NCBI GenBank assembly: GCA_964016885.1
Contig: OZ024754.1
Span: forward strand, 21,018,001 to 21,082,000
DNA length: 64,000 nucleotides
Reading direction: 5' to 3'
Source of the DNA: Eledone cirrhosa
Lineage: Eukaryota
This document shows positions 14,792 to 30,620 of this stretch, piece by piece. Position numbers and translations under genes: made by a program. The first letter of the stretch is position 1. Every line of letters starts with the position of its first letter. The notes beneath the pieces are model-generated. The model ran no database searches. It was not told the DNA's origin and was given only the letters and a program-made list of their open reading frames with translations.

Positions 14792-17779
14792 ATAGGGACT
14801 CCCTGCCATATTACCCTTGGTATTAACATAGACTACCTCGCATATTACCCCTGGTATTAATATAGAGACTTCCTCCCATATTACCCTTGGTATTAACATC
14901 GACTCCCTCCCATATTAGACTTGGTATTAATATAGAGACTCCCTCCCATATTACCCTTGGTATTAACATAGGGACTCCCTGCCATATTACCCTTGGTATT
15001 AACATAGAGACCCCCCCCCCCCGCCATATTACCCTTGGTATTAACATAGAGACCCCCCCGCCATATTACCCTTGGTATTAACATAGACTCCCTCCCATAT
15101 TACCCTTGGTATTAACATAGACTCCCTCCCATATTACCCTTGGTATTAACATAGACTCCCTCCCATATTAGCCTTCGTATTAACATAGGGACTCCCTCCC
15201 ATATTACCCTTGGTATTAACATAGGGACTCCCTCCCATATTAGACTTGGTATTAACATAGACTCCCTCCCATATTACCCTTGGTATTATCATAGGGACTC
15301 CCTCCCATATTACCCTTGGTATTAACATAGACTCCCTTCCATATTACCCTTGGTATTAACATAGACACCCTCCCATATTACCTTTGGTATTATGATAGGG
15401 ACACCCTCCCATATTACCCTTGGTACTAACATAGACTCCCTCCCATATTACCCTTGGTATTAACATAGACTCCCTCCCATATTAGCCTTGGTATTAACAT
15501 AGGGACTCCCTCCTATATTACCCTTAGTATTAACATAGACTCCTTCCCATATTACCCTTGGTATTAACATAGACTCCCTCCCATATTACCCTTGGTATTA
15601 ACATAGACTCCCTCCCATATTACCCTTGGTACTAACATAGACTGCCTCCAATATTACCCTTGGTATTAACATTGGGAGTCCCTCCCATATTACACTTGGT
15701 ATTAATATAGAGACTCCCTCCCATATTACCCTTGGTATTAACATAGACTCCCTCCCATATTAGACTTGGTATTAATATAGAGACTCTCTCCCATATTACC
15801 CTTGGTATTAATATAGACTCCCTCCCATTTTAGACTTGGTATTAGTATAGAGACTCCCTCCCATATTACCCTTGGTATTAACATAGACTACCTCCCATGT
15901 TACCCTTGGTATTAATATAGAGACTCCCTCCCATATTACCCTTGGTATTAACATTGACTCCCTCCCATATTAGCCTTCGTATTAACATAGGGACTCCCTC
16001 CCATATTACCCTTGGTATTAACATAGGGACTCCCTCCCATATTAGCCTTGGTATTAACATAGACTCCTTCCCATATTACCCTTGGTATTAATATAGACTC
16101 CCTCCCATATTACCCTTGGTATTAACATAGGGACTCCCTCCCATATTACCCTTGGTATTAACATAGGGACTCCCTCACATATTACCCTTGGTATTAACAT
16201 AGAGACACCCTCCCATATTACCCTTGGTATTAACATTGGGACTCCCTCCCATATTACACTTGGTATTAATATAGAGACTCACTCCCATATTACCCTTGGT
16301 ATTAACATAGACTCCCTCCCATATTAGAATTGGTATTAATATACAGACTCCCTCCCATATTACCCTTGGTATTAACATAGACTACCTCGCATATTACCCC
16401 TGGTATTAATATAGAGACTCCCTCCCATATTACCCTTGGTATTAACATAGACTCCCTCCCATATTAGACTTGGTATTAATATAGAGACTCCCTCCCATAT
16501 TACCCTTGGTATTAACATAGGGACTCCCTCCCATATTACCCTTTGTATTAACATAGAGACCCCCCCCCATATCACCCTTGGTATTAACATAGACTCCCTC
16601 CAATATTTCCCTTGGTATTAACATAGGGACTCCCTCCCATATTACCCTTGGTATTAACATAGACTCCCTCCCATATTACCCTTGGTATTAACATAGACTC
16701 CCTCCCATATTAGCCTTCGTATTAACATAGGGACTCCCTCCCATATTACCCTTTGTATTAACATAGGGACTCCCTCCCATATTAGACTTGGTATTAACAT
16801 AGACTCCCTCCCATATTACCCTTGGTATTATCATAGGGACTCCCTCCCATATTACCCTTGGTATTAACATAGACTCCCTTCCATATTACCCTTGGTATTA
16901 ACATAGACACCCTCCCATATTACCTTTCGTATTATGATAGGGACACCCTCCCATATTGCCCTTGGTATTAACATAGACTCACTCCCATATTAGCCTTGGT
17001 ATTAACATAGGGACTCCCTCCTAGATTACCCTTAGTATTAACATAGACTCCCTCCCATATTACCCTTGGTATTAACATAGACTCCCTCCCATGTTAGCCT
17101 TGGTATTAACATAGACTCCCTCCCATATTAGACTTGGTATTAACATAGACTCCCTCCCATATTACCCTTGGTATGAACATTGGGACACCCTCCTAAATTA
17201 GACTTGGTATTAACATAGACTCCCTCCCATATTACCCTTGGTATTATCATAGGGACTCCCTCCCATATTACCCTTGGTATTAACATAGACTCGCTTCCAT
17301 ATTACCCTTGGTATTAACATAGACACCCTCCCATATTTCCTTTGGTATTATGATAGGGACACCCTCCCATATTGCCCTTGGTATTAACATAGACTCCCTC
17401 CCATATTACCCTTGGTATTAACATAGACTCCCTCCCATATTAGCCTTGGTATTAACATAGGGACTCCCTCCTATATTACCCTTAGTATTAACATAGACTC
17501 CCTCCCATATTACCCTTGGTATTAACATAGACTCCCTCCCATGTTAGCCTTGGTATTAACATAGACTCCCTCCCATATTAGCCTTGGTATTAACATAGAC
17601 TCCCTCCCATATTACCCTTGGTATGAACATTGGGACACCCTCCTAAATTAGACTTGGTATTAACATAGACTCCCTCCCATATTACCCTTGGTATTAACAT
17701 AGACTCCCTCCCATATTAGCCTTCGTATTAACATAGGGACTCCCTCCCATATTACCCTTTGTATTAACATAGGGACTCC

Positions 17780-20700
17780 CTCCCATATTAGACTTGGTAT
17801 TAACATAGACTCCCTCCCATATTACCCTTGGTATTATCATAGGGACTCCCTCTCATATTAGACTTGCTATTAACATAGACTCCCTCCCATATTAGACTTG
17901 GTATTAACATAGGGACTCCCTCCCATATTACCCTTGGTATTAACATAGGGACTCCCTCACATATTACCCTTGGTATTAACATAGAGACACCCTCCCATAT
18001 TACCCTTGGTATTAACATTGGGACTCCCTCCTAAAGTAGACTTGGTATTAACATAGACTGCCTCCCATATTACCCTTGGTATTAACATAGGGACTCCCTC
18101 CCATATTACACTTGGTATTAATATAGAGACTCCCTCCCATATTACCCTTGGTATTAACATAGACTCCCTCCCATATTAGAATTGGTATTAATATAGAGAC
18201 TCCCTCCCATATTACCCTTGGTATTAACATAGACTACCTCGCATATTACCCCTGGTATTAATATAGAGACTCCCTCCCGTGTTACCCTTGGTATTAACAT
18301 AGACTCCCTCCCATATTAGACTTGGTATTAATATAGAGACTCCCTCCCATATTACCCTTGGTATTAACATAGGCACTCCCTCCCATATTACCCTTGGTAT
18401 TAACATAGAGACCCCCCCCATATTACCCTTGGTATTAACATAGACTCCCTCCCATATTTCCCTTGGTATTAACATAGGGACTCCCTCCCATATTACCCTT
18501 GGTATTAACATAGATTCCCTCCCATATTACCCTTGGTATTAACATAGACTCCCTCCCATATTAGCCTTCGTATTAACATAGGGACTCCCTCCCATATTAC
18601 CCTTGGTATTAACATAGGGACTCCCTCCCATATTAGACTTGGTATTAACATAGACTCCCTCCCATATTACCCTTGGTATTATCATAGGGACTCTCTCCCA
18701 TATTACCCTTGGTATTAACATAGACTCACTTCCATATTACCCTTGGTATTAACATAGACACCCTCCCATATTACCTTTGGTATTATGATAGGGACACCCT
18801 CCCATATTACCCTTGGTATTAACATAGACTCCCTCCCATATTGCCCTTGGTATTAACATAGACTCCCTCTCATATTAGCCTTGGTATTAACATAGGGACT
18901 CCCTCCTATATTACCCTTAGTATTAACATAGACTCCCTCCCATATTACCCTTGGTATTAACATAGACTCCCTCCCATGTTAGCCTTGGTATTAACATACA
19001 CTCCCTCCCATATTAGCCTTGGGATTAACATAGAATCCCTCCCATATTACCCTTGGTATGAACATTGGGACACCCTCCTAAATTAGACTTGGTATTAACA
19101 TAGACTCCCTCCCATATTACCCTTGGTATTAACATGCACTCCCTTCTATATCAGACGTGGTATTAACATAGGGACTCCCTCCCATATTAGACTTGGTATT
19201 AACATGGGGACTCCCTCTCATATTAGACTTGGTATTAACATAGACTCCCTCCCATATTAGACTTGGTATTAACATAGGGACTCCCTCCCATATTACCCTT
19301 GGTATTAACATAGAGACACCCTCCCATATTACCCTTGGTATTAACATTGGGACTCCCTCCTAAAGTAGACTTGGTATTAACATAGACTGCCTCCCATATT
19401 ACCTTTGGTATTAACATAGGGACTCCCTCCCATATTACACTTGGTATTAATATAGAGACTCCCTCCCATATTACCCTTGGTATTAACATAGACTCCCCCC
19501 CATATTCGAATTGGTATTAATATAGAGACTCCCTCCCATATTACCCTTGGTATTAACATAGACTCCCTCCCATATTACCCTTGGTACTAACATAGACTGC
19601 CTCCCATATTACCCTTGGTATTAACATCGGGAGTCCCTCCCATATTACACTTGGTATTAATATAGAGACTCCCTCCCATATTACCCTTGGTATTAACATA
19701 GACTCTCTCCCATATTAGACTTGGTATTAATATAGAGTCTCCCTCCCATATTACCCTTGGTATTAACATAGACTCCCTCCCATATTAGACTTGGTATTAA
19801 TATAGAGACTCTCTCCCATATTACCCTTGGTATTAACATAGACTCCCTCCCATATTACCCTTGGTATTAACATGCACTCCCTTCTATATCAGACGTGGTA
19901 TTAACATAGGGACTTCCTCCCATATTAGACTTGGTATTAACATAGACTCCCTCCCATATTAGCCTTGGTATTAACATAGGGACTCCCTCTCATATTAGAC
20001 TTGCTATTAACATAGACTCCCTCCCATATTAGACTTGGTATTAACATAGGGACTCCCTCCCATATTACCCTTGGTATTAACATAGGGACTCCCTCACATA
20101 TTACCCTTGGTATTAACATAGAGACACCCTCCCATATTACCCTTGGTATTAACATTGGGACTCCCTCCTAAAGTAGACTTGGTATTAACATAGACTGCCT
20201 CCCATATTACCCTTGGTATTAACATAGGGACTCCCACCCATATTACACTTGGTATTAATATAGAGACTCCCTCCCATATTACCCTTGGTATTAACATAGA
20301 CTCCCTCCCATATTAGAATTGGTATTAATATAGAGACTCCCTCCCATATTACCCTTGGTATTAACATAGACTACCTCGCATATTACCCCTGGTATTAATA
20401 TAGAGACTCCCTCCCGTATTACCCTTGGTATTAACATAGACTCCCTCCCATATTAGACTTGGTATTAATATAGAGACTCCCTCCCATATTACCCTTGGTA
20501 TTAACATAGGCACTCCCTCCCACATTACCCTTGGTATTAACATAGAGACCCCCCCCCCATATTACCCTTGGTATTAACATAGACTCCCTCCCATATTTCC
20601 CTTGGTATTAACATAGGGACTCCCTCCCATATTACCCTTGGTATTAACATAGACTCCCTCCCATATTACCCTTGGTATTAACATAGACTCCCTCCCATAT

Positions 20701-21980
20701 TAGCCTACGTATTAACATAGGGACTCCCTCCCATATTACCCTTGGTATTAACATAGGGACTCCCTCCCATATTAGACTTGGTATTAACATAGACTCCCTC
20801 CCATATTACCCTTGGTATTATCATAGGGACTCTCTCCCATATTACCCTTGGTATTAACATAGACTCACTTCCATATTACCCTTGGTATTAACATAGACAC
20901 CCTCCCATATTACCTTTGGTATTATGATAGGGACACCCTCCCATATTACCCTTGGTATTAACATAGACTCCCTCCCATATTGCCCTTGGTATTAACATAG
21001 ACTCCCTCTCATATTAGCCTTGGTATTAACATAGGGACTCCCTCCTATATTACCCTTAGTATTAACATAGACTCCCTCCCATATTACCCTTGGTATTAAC
21101 ATAGACTCCCTCCCATGTTAGCCTTGGTATTAACATACACTCCCTCCCATATTAGCCTTGGGATTAACATAGAATCCCTCCCATATTACCCTTGGTATGA
21201 ACATTGGGACACCCTCCTAAATTAGACTTGGTATTAACATAGACTCCCTCCCATATTACCCTTGGTATTAACATGCACTCCCTTCTATATCAGACGTGGT
21301 ATTAACATAGGGACTCCCTCCCATATTAGACTTGGTATTAACATGGGGACTCCCTCTCATATTAGACTTGGTATTAACATAGACTCCCTCCCATATTAGA
21401 CTTGGTATTAACATAGGGACTCCCTCCCATATTACCCTTGGTATTAACATAGAGACACCCTCCCATATTACCCTTGGTATTAACATTGGGACTCCCTCCT
21501 AAAGTAGACTTGGTATTAACATAGACTGCCTCCCATATTAGACTTGGTATTAACATAGGGACTCCCTCCCATATTACACTTGGTATTAATATAGAGACTC
21601 CCTCCCATATTACCCTTGGTATTAACATAGACTCCCCCCCATATTAGAATTGGTATTAATATAGAGACTCCCTCCCATATTACCCTTGGTATTAACATAG
21701 ACTCCCTCCCATATTACCCTTGGTACTAACATAGACTGCCTCCCATATTACCCTTGGTATTAACATCGGGAGTCCCTCCCATATTACACTTGGTATTAAT
21801 ATAGAGACTCCCTCCCATATTACACTTGGTATTAACATAGACTCTCTCCCATATTAGACTTGGTATTAATATAGAGTCTCCCTCCCATATTACCCTTGGT
21901 ATTAACATAGACTCCCTCCCATATTAGACTTGTTATTAATATAGAGACTCTCTCCCATATTACCCTTGGTATTAACATAG
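17780..21980. repeat. Tandem duplication of ~2.14 kb (offset 2137, then 2139)
   Basis: GACTTGCTAT at 17861/19998 (+2137) and GACTCACTT at 18723/20862 (+2139); pseudo-ORFs at 19129/21268 and 19587/21726. The 2-bp shift matches a C8 versus C10 run at 18412/20549. Boundaries are approximate. Confidence 0.9.
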
Positions 21981-24900
21981 ACTCCCTCCCATTTTAGACT
22001 TGGTATTAGTATAGAGACTCCCTCCCATATTACCCTTGGTATTAACATAGACTACCTCGCATGTTACCCTTGGTATTAATATAGAGACTCCCTCCCATAT
22101 TACCCTTGGTATTAACATTGACTCCCTCCCATATTAGCCTTCGTATTAACATAGGGACTCCCTCCCATATTACCCTTGGTATTAACATAGGGACTCCCTC
22201 CCATATTAGCCTTGGTATTAACATAGACTCCTTCCCATATTACCCTTGGTATTAACATAGACTCCCCGTCATATTACCCTTGGTATTAACATAGGGACTC
22301 CCTCCCATATTTCCCTTGGTATTAACAGAGGGACTCCCTCCCATATTAGCCTTGGTATTAACATAGACTCCCTCCCATATTACCCTTGGTATTAACATAG
22401 ACTCCCTCCCATATTAGACTTGGTGTTAACATAGGGACTCCCTCCCATATTACCCTTGGTATTAACATAGGGACTCCCTCACATATTACCCTTGGTATTA
22501 ACATAGAGACACCCTCCCATATTACCCTTGGTATTAACATAGGGACTCCCTCCCATATTACCCTTGGTATTAACATAGGGACTCCCTCCCATATTACCCT
22601 TGGTATTAACATAGACTCCCTCCCATATTAGAATTGGTATTAATATAGAGACTCCCTCCCATATTACCCTTGGTATTAACATAGACTACCTCGCATATTA
22701 CCCCTGGTATTAATATAGAGACTCCCTCCCATATTACCCTTGGTATTAACATAGACTCCCTCCCATATTAGACTTGGTATTAATATAGAGACTCCCTCCC
22801 ATATTACCCTTGGTATTAACATAGGGACTCCCTCCCATATTACCCTTTGTATTAACATAGAGACCCCCCCCCATATCACCCTTGGTATTAACATAGACTC
22901 CCTCCCATATTTCCCTTGGTATTAACATAGGGACTCCCTCCCATACTACCCTTGGTATTAACATAGACTCCCTCCCATATTACCCTTGGTATTAACATAG
23001 ACTCCCTCCCATATTAGCCTTCGTATTAACATAGGGACTCCCTCCCATATTACCCTTGGTATTAACATAGGGACTCCCTCCCATATTTGACTTGGTATTA
23101 ACATAGACTCCCTGCCATATTACCCTTGGTATTATCATAGGGACTCCCTCCCATATTACCCTTGGTATTAACATAGACTCCCTTCCATATTACCCTTGGT
23201 ATTAACATAGACACCCTCCCATATTACCTTTGGTATTATGATAGGGACACCCTCCCATATTGCCCTTGGTATTAACATAGACTCCCTCCCATATTACCCT
23301 TGGTATTAACATAGACTCCCTCCCATATTAGCCTTGGTATTAACATAGGGACTCCCTCCTATATTACCCTTAGTATTAACATAGACTCCCTCCCATATTA
23401 CCCTTGGTATTAACATAGACTCCCTCCCATGTTAGCCTTGGTATTAACATAGACTCCCTCCCATATTAGCCTTGGTATTAACATAGACTCCCTCCCATAT
23501 TACCCTTGGTATGAACATTGGGACACCCTCCTAAATTAGACTTGGTATTAACATAGACTCCCTCCCATATTACCCTTGGTATTAACATGCACTCCCTTCT
23601 ATATCAGACGTGGTATTAACATAGGGACTCCCTCCCATATTAGACTTGGTATTAACATAGACTCCCTCCCATATTAGCCTTGGTATTAACATAGGGACTC
23701 CCTCTCATATTAGACTTGCTATTAACATAGACTCCCTCCCATATTAGACTTGGTATTAACATAGGGACTCCCTCCCATATTACCCTTGGTATTAACATAG
23801 GGACTCCCTCACATATTACCCTTGGTATTAACATAGAGACACCCTCCCATATTACCTTTGGTATTAACATAGGGACTCCCTCCCATATTACACTTGGTAT
23901 TAATATAGAGACTCCCTCCCATATTACCCTTGGTATTAACATAGACTCCCTCCCATATTAGAATTGGTATTAATATAGAGACTCCCTCCCATATTACCCT
24001 TGGTATTAACATAGACTACCTCGCATATTACCCCTGGTATTAATATAGAGACTCCCTCCCATATTACCCTTGGTATTAACATAGACTCCCTCCCATATTA
24101 GCCTTGGTATTAACATAGGGACTCCCTCCTATATTACCCTTAGTATTAACATAGACTCCCTCCCATATTACCCTTGCTATTAACATAGACTCCCTCCCAT
24201 GTTAGCCTTGGTATCAACATAGAATCCCTCCCATATTAGCCTTGGGATTAACATAGAATCCCTCCCATATTACCCTTGGTATGAACATTGGGACACCCTC
24301 CTAAATTAGACTTGGTATTAACATAAACTCCCTCCCATATTACCCTTGGTATTAACATGCACTCCCTTCTATATCAGACGTGGTATTAACATAGGGACTC
24401 CCTCCCATATTAGACTTGGTATTAACATGGGGACTCCCTCTCATATTAGACTTGGTATTAACATAGACTCCCTCCCATATTAGACTTGGTATTAACATAG
24501 GGACTCCCTCCCATATTACCCTTGGTATTAACATAGGGACTCGCTCACATATTACCCTTGGTATTGACATAGAGACACCCTCCCATATTACCCTTGGTAT
24601 TAACATTGGGACTCCCTCCTAAAGTAGACTTGGTATTAACATAGACTGCCTCCCATATTACCTTTGGTATTAACATAGGGACTCCCTCCCATATTACACT
24701 TGGTATTAATATAGAGACTCCCTCCCATATTACCCTTGGTATTAACATAGACTCCCTCCCATATTAGACTTGGTATTAATATAGAGACTCCCTCCCATAT
24801 TACCCTTGGTATTAACATAGAAGACCTCGCATATTACCCTTGGTATTAATATAGAGACTCCCTCCCATATTACCCTTGGTAATAACATAGACTCCCTCCC

Positions 24901-27099
24901 ATATTAGACTTGGTATTAATATAGAGACTCCCTCCCATATTACCCTTGGTATTAACATAGACTCTGTCCCATATTACCCTTGGTATTAACATAGGGACTC
25001 CCTCCCATATTACCCTTGGTATTAACATAGGGACTCCCTCCCATATTAGCCTTGGTATTAACATAGACTCCCTTCCATATTAGCCTTGGTACTAACATAG
25101 ACTCCCTTCCATATTACCCTTGGTATTAACATAGACTCCCTCACATATTACCCTTGGTATTAACATAGACTCCCTCCCATATTACCCTTGGTATTAACAT
25201 AGGGACTCCCTCCCATGTTTCCCTTGGTATTAACATAGGGACTCCCTCCCATATTACCCTTGGTATTAGCATAGACTCCCTCCCATATTAGCCTTGGTAT
25301 TAACATAGACTCCCTCCCATATTAGCCTTCGTATTAACATAGGGACTCCCTCCCATATTCCCCTTGGTATTAACATAGGGACTCCCTCCCATATTAGACT
25401 TGGTATTAACATAGACTCCCTCCCATATTACCCTTGGTATTATCAAAGGGACTCCCTCCCATATTACCCTTGGTATTAACATAGACTCCCTCCCATATTA
25501 CCCTTGGTATTAACATAGACTCCCTCCCATATTACCCTTGGTACTAACATAGACTGCCTCCCATATTACCCTTGGTATTAACATAGGGACTCCCTCCTAA
25601 AGTAGACTTGGTATTAACATAGACTGCCTCCCATATTACCCTTGGTATTAACATAGACTCCCTCCCATATTAGACTTGGTATTAATATAGAGACTCCCTC
25701 GCATATTACCCTTGGTATTAACATAGACTCCCTCCCATTTTAGACTTGGTATTAGTATAGAGACTCCCTCCCATATTACCCTTGGTATTAACATAGACTA
25801 CCTCCCATATTACCCTTGGTATTAATATAGAGACTCCCTCCCATATTACCCTTGGTATTAACATAGACTCCCTCCCATATTAGCCTTCGTATTAACATAG
25901 GGACTCCCTCCCATATTACCCTTGGTATTAACATAGGGACTCCCTCCCATATTAGACTTGGTATTAACATAGACTCCCTCCCACATTACCCTTTTTAGTA
26001 TCATAGGGACTCCCTCCCATATTACCCTTGGTATTAACATAGACTCCCTCCCATATTACCCTTGGTATTAACATAGACTCCCTCCCATATTACCCTTGGT
26101 ATTAACATAGACTCCCTCCCATATTAACCTTGGTATTAACATAGGGACTCCCTCCTATATTACCCTTAGTATTAACATAGACTCCCTCCCATATTACCCT
26201 TGGTATTAACATAGACTCCCTGCCATATTATCCTTTGTATTAACATAGACTCCCTCCCATATTACCCTTGGTATTAACATAGACTCCCTTCCATATTACC
26301 CTTGGTATTAACATAGACACCCTCCCATATTACATTTGGTATTATGATAGGGACACCCTCCCATATTACCCTTGGTATTAACATAGACTCCCTCCCATAT
26401 TACCCTTGGTATTAACATAGACGCCCTCCCATATTAGCCTTGGTATTAACATAGGGACTCCCTCCTATATTACCCTTAGTATTAACATAGACTCCCTCCC
26501 ATATTACCCTTGGTATTAACATAGACTCCCTCCCATGTTAGCCTTGGTATTAACATAGACTCCCTCTCATATTAGCCTTGGTATTAACATAGACTCCCTC
26601 CCATATTATCCTTGGTACTAACATAGACTCCCTCCCATATTACCCTTGGTATTAACATTGGGACTCCCTCCTAAATTAGACTTGGTATTAACATAGACTC
26701 CCTCCCATATTACCCTTGGTATTAACATGCACTCCCTCCCATATTACCCTTGGTATTAACATAGACTCCCTCCCATATTAGCCTTGGTATTAACATAGAC
26801 TCCCTTCCATATTAGCCTTGGTATTAACATAGACTCCCTTCCATATTACCCTTGGTATTAACATAGACTCCCTCACATATTACCCTTGGTATTAACATAG
26901 ACTCCCTCCCATATTACCCTTGGTATTAACATAGGGACTCCCTCCCATATTTCCCTTGGTATTAACATAGGGACTCCCTCCCATATTACCCTTGGTATTA
27001 GCATAGACTCCCTCGCATATTAGCCTTGGTATTAACATAGACTCCCTCCCATATTAGCCTTCGTATTAACATAGGGACTCCCTCCAATATTACCCTTGG

Positions 27100-30000
27100 T
27101 ATTAACATAGGGACTCCCTCCCATATTAGACTTGGTATTAACATAGTCTCCCTCCCATATTACCCTTGGTATTATCAAAGGGACTCCCTCCCATATTACC
27201 CTTGGTATTAACATAGACTCCCTCCCATATTACCCTTGGTATTAACATAGACTCCCTCCCATATTACCCTTGGTACTAACATAGACTGCCTCCCATATTA
27301 CCCTTGGTATTAACATAGGGACTCCCTCCCATATTAGACTTGGTATTAATATAGAGACTCCCTCCCATATTACCCTTGGTATTAACATAGACTACCTCCC
27401 ATATTACACTTGGTATTAATATAGAGACTCCCTCCCATATTACCCTTGGTATTAACATAGACTCCCTCCCATATTAGCCTTCGTATTAACATAGGGACTC
27501 CCTCCCATATTACCCTTGGTATTAACATAGGGACTCCCTCCCATATTAGACTTGGTATTAACATACACTCCCTCCCACATTACCCTTTTTAGTATCATAG
27601 GGACTCCCTCCCATATTACCCTTGGTATTAACATAGACTCTCTCCCATATTACCCTTGGTATTAACATAGACTCCCTCCCATATTACCCTTGGTATTAAC
27701 ATAGACTCCCTCCCATATTAACCTTGGTATTAACATAGGGACTCCCTCCTATATTACCCTTAGTATTAACATAGACTCCCTCCCATATTACCCTTGGTAT
27801 TAACATAGACTCCCTGCCATATTATCCTTTGTATTAACATAGACTCCCTCCCATATTACCCTTGGTATTAACATAGACTCCCTTCCATATTACCCTTGGT
27901 ATTAACATAGACACCCTCCCATATTACATTTGGTATTATGATAGGGACACCCTCCCATATTAGCCTTGGTATTAACATAGACTCCCTCCCATATTACCCT
28001 TGGTATTAACATAGACTCCCTCCCATATTAGCCTTGGTATTAACATAGGGACACCCTCCTATATTACCCTTAGTATTAACATAGAATCCCTCCCATATTA
28101 CCCTTGGTATTAACATAGACTCCCTCCCATGTTAGCCTTGGTATTAACATAGACTCCCTCCCATATTAGCCTTGGTATTAACATAGACTCCCTCCCATAT
28201 TACCCTTGGTACTAACATAGACTCCCTCCCATATTACCCTTGGTATTAACATTGGGACTCCCTCCTAAATTAGACTTGGTATTAACATAGACTCCCTCCC
28301 ATATTAGACTTGGTATTAACATAGGGACTCCCTCCCATATTAGATTTGGTATTAACATAGACTCCCTCCCATATTAGACTTGGTATTAACATAGGGACTC
28401 CCTCCCATATTACCCTTGGTATTAACATAGAGACACCCTCCCATATTACCCTTGGTATTAACATTGGGACTCCCTCCTAAAGTAGACTTGGTATTAAGAT
28501 AGACTGCCTCCCATATTACCCTTGGTATTAACATAGGGACTCCCTCCCATATTACACTTGGTATTAATATAGAGACTCCCTCCCATATTACCCTTGGTAT
28601 TATCATAGACTACCTCGCATATTACCCTTGGTATTAATATAGAGACTCCCTCCCATATTACCCTTGGTATTAACATAGACTCCCTCCCATATTAGACTTG
28701 GTATTAATATAGAGACAACCTCCCATATTACCCTTGGTATTAACATAGACTCCCTCCCATATTACCCTTGGTATTAACATAGACTCCCTCACATATTACC
28801 CTTGGTATAAACATAGACTCCCTCCCATATTACCGTTGGTATTAACATAGGGACTCCCTCCCATATTAGACTTGGTATTAACATAGTCTCCCTCCCATAT
28901 TACCCTTGGTATTATCAAAGGGACTCCCTCCCATATTACCCTTGGTATTAACATAGACTCCCTCCCATATTACCCTTGGTATTAACATAGACTCCCTCCC
29001 ATATTACCCTTGGTACTAACATAGACTGCCTCCCATATTACCCTTGGTATTAACATAGGGACTCCCTCCCATATTAGACTTGGTATTAATATAGAGACTC
29101 CCTCCCATATTACCCTTGGTATTAACATAGACTACCTCCCATATTACACTTGGTATTAATATAGAGACTCCCTCCCATATTACCCTTGGTATTAACATAG
29201 ACTCCCTCCCATATTAGCCTTCGTATTAACATAGGGACTCCCTCCCATATTACCCTTGGTATTAACATAGGGACTCCCTCCCATATTAGACTTGGTATTA
29301 ACATACACTCCCTCCCACATTACCCTTTTTAGTATCATAGGGACTCCCTCCCATATTACCCTTGGTATTAACATAGACTCTCTCCCATATTACCCTTGGT
29401 ATTAACATAGACTCCCTCCCATATTACCCTTGGTATTAACATAGACTCCCTCCCATATTAACCTTGGTATTAACATAGGGACTCCCTCCTATATTACCCT
29501 TAGTATTAACATAGACTCCCTCCCATATTACCCTTGGTATTAACATAGACTCCCTGCCATATTATCCTTTGTATTAACGTAGACTCCCTCCCATATTACC
29601 CTTGGTATTAACATAGACTCCCTCCCATATTACCCTTGGTATTAACATAGACTCCCTTCCATATTACCCTTGGTATTAACATAGACACCCTCCCATATTA
29701 CATTTGGTATTATGATAGGGACACCCTCCCATATTACCCTTGGTATTAACATAGACTCCCTCCCATATTACCCTTGGTATTAACATAGACTCCCTCCCAT
29801 ATTAGCCTTGGTATTAACATAGGGACACCCTCCTATATTACCCTTAGTATTAACATAGAATCCCTCCCATATTACCCTTGGTATTAACATAGACTCCCTC
29901 CCATGTTAGCCTTGGTATTAACATAGACTCCCTCCCATATTAGCCTTGGTATTAACATAGACTCCCTCCCATATTACCCTTGGTACTAACATAGACTCCC

Positions 30001-30620
30001 TCCCATATTACCCTTGGTATTAACATTGGGACTCCCTCCTAAATTAGACTTGGTATTAACATAGACTCCCTCCCATATTAGACTTGGTATTAACATAGGG
30101 ACTCCCTCCCATATTAGATTTGGTATTAACATAGACTCCCTCCCATATTAGACTTGGTATTAACATAGGGATTCCCTCCCATATTACCCTTGGTATTAAC
30201 ATAGAGACACCCTCCCATATTACCCTTGGTATTAACATTGGGACTCCCTCCTAAAGTAGACTTGGTATTAAGATAGACTGCCTCCCATATTACCCTTGGT
30301 ATTAACATAGGGACTCCCTCCCATATTACACTTGGTATTAATATAGAGACTCCCTCCCATATTACCCTTGGTATTATCATAGACTACCTCGCATATTACC
30401 CTTGGTATTAATATAGAGACTCCCTCCCATATTACCCTTGGTATTAACATAGACTCCCTCCCATATTAGACTTGGTATTAATATAGAGACAACCTCCCAT
30501 ATTACCCTTGGTATTAACATAGACTCCCTCCCATATTACCCTTGGTATTAACATAGACTCCCTCACATATTACCCTTGGTATAAACATAGACTCCCTCCC
30601 ATATTACCGTTGGTATTAAC
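27100..30620. repeat. Tandem duplication of 1740/1774 bp (second copy has one extra 34-bp monomer)
   Basis: Pseudo-ORFs at 27276/29016 (+1740) and 28282/30056 (+1774); extra monomer near 29580-29650; marker GGTATAAACATAG at 28804/30578. Confidence 0.9.
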
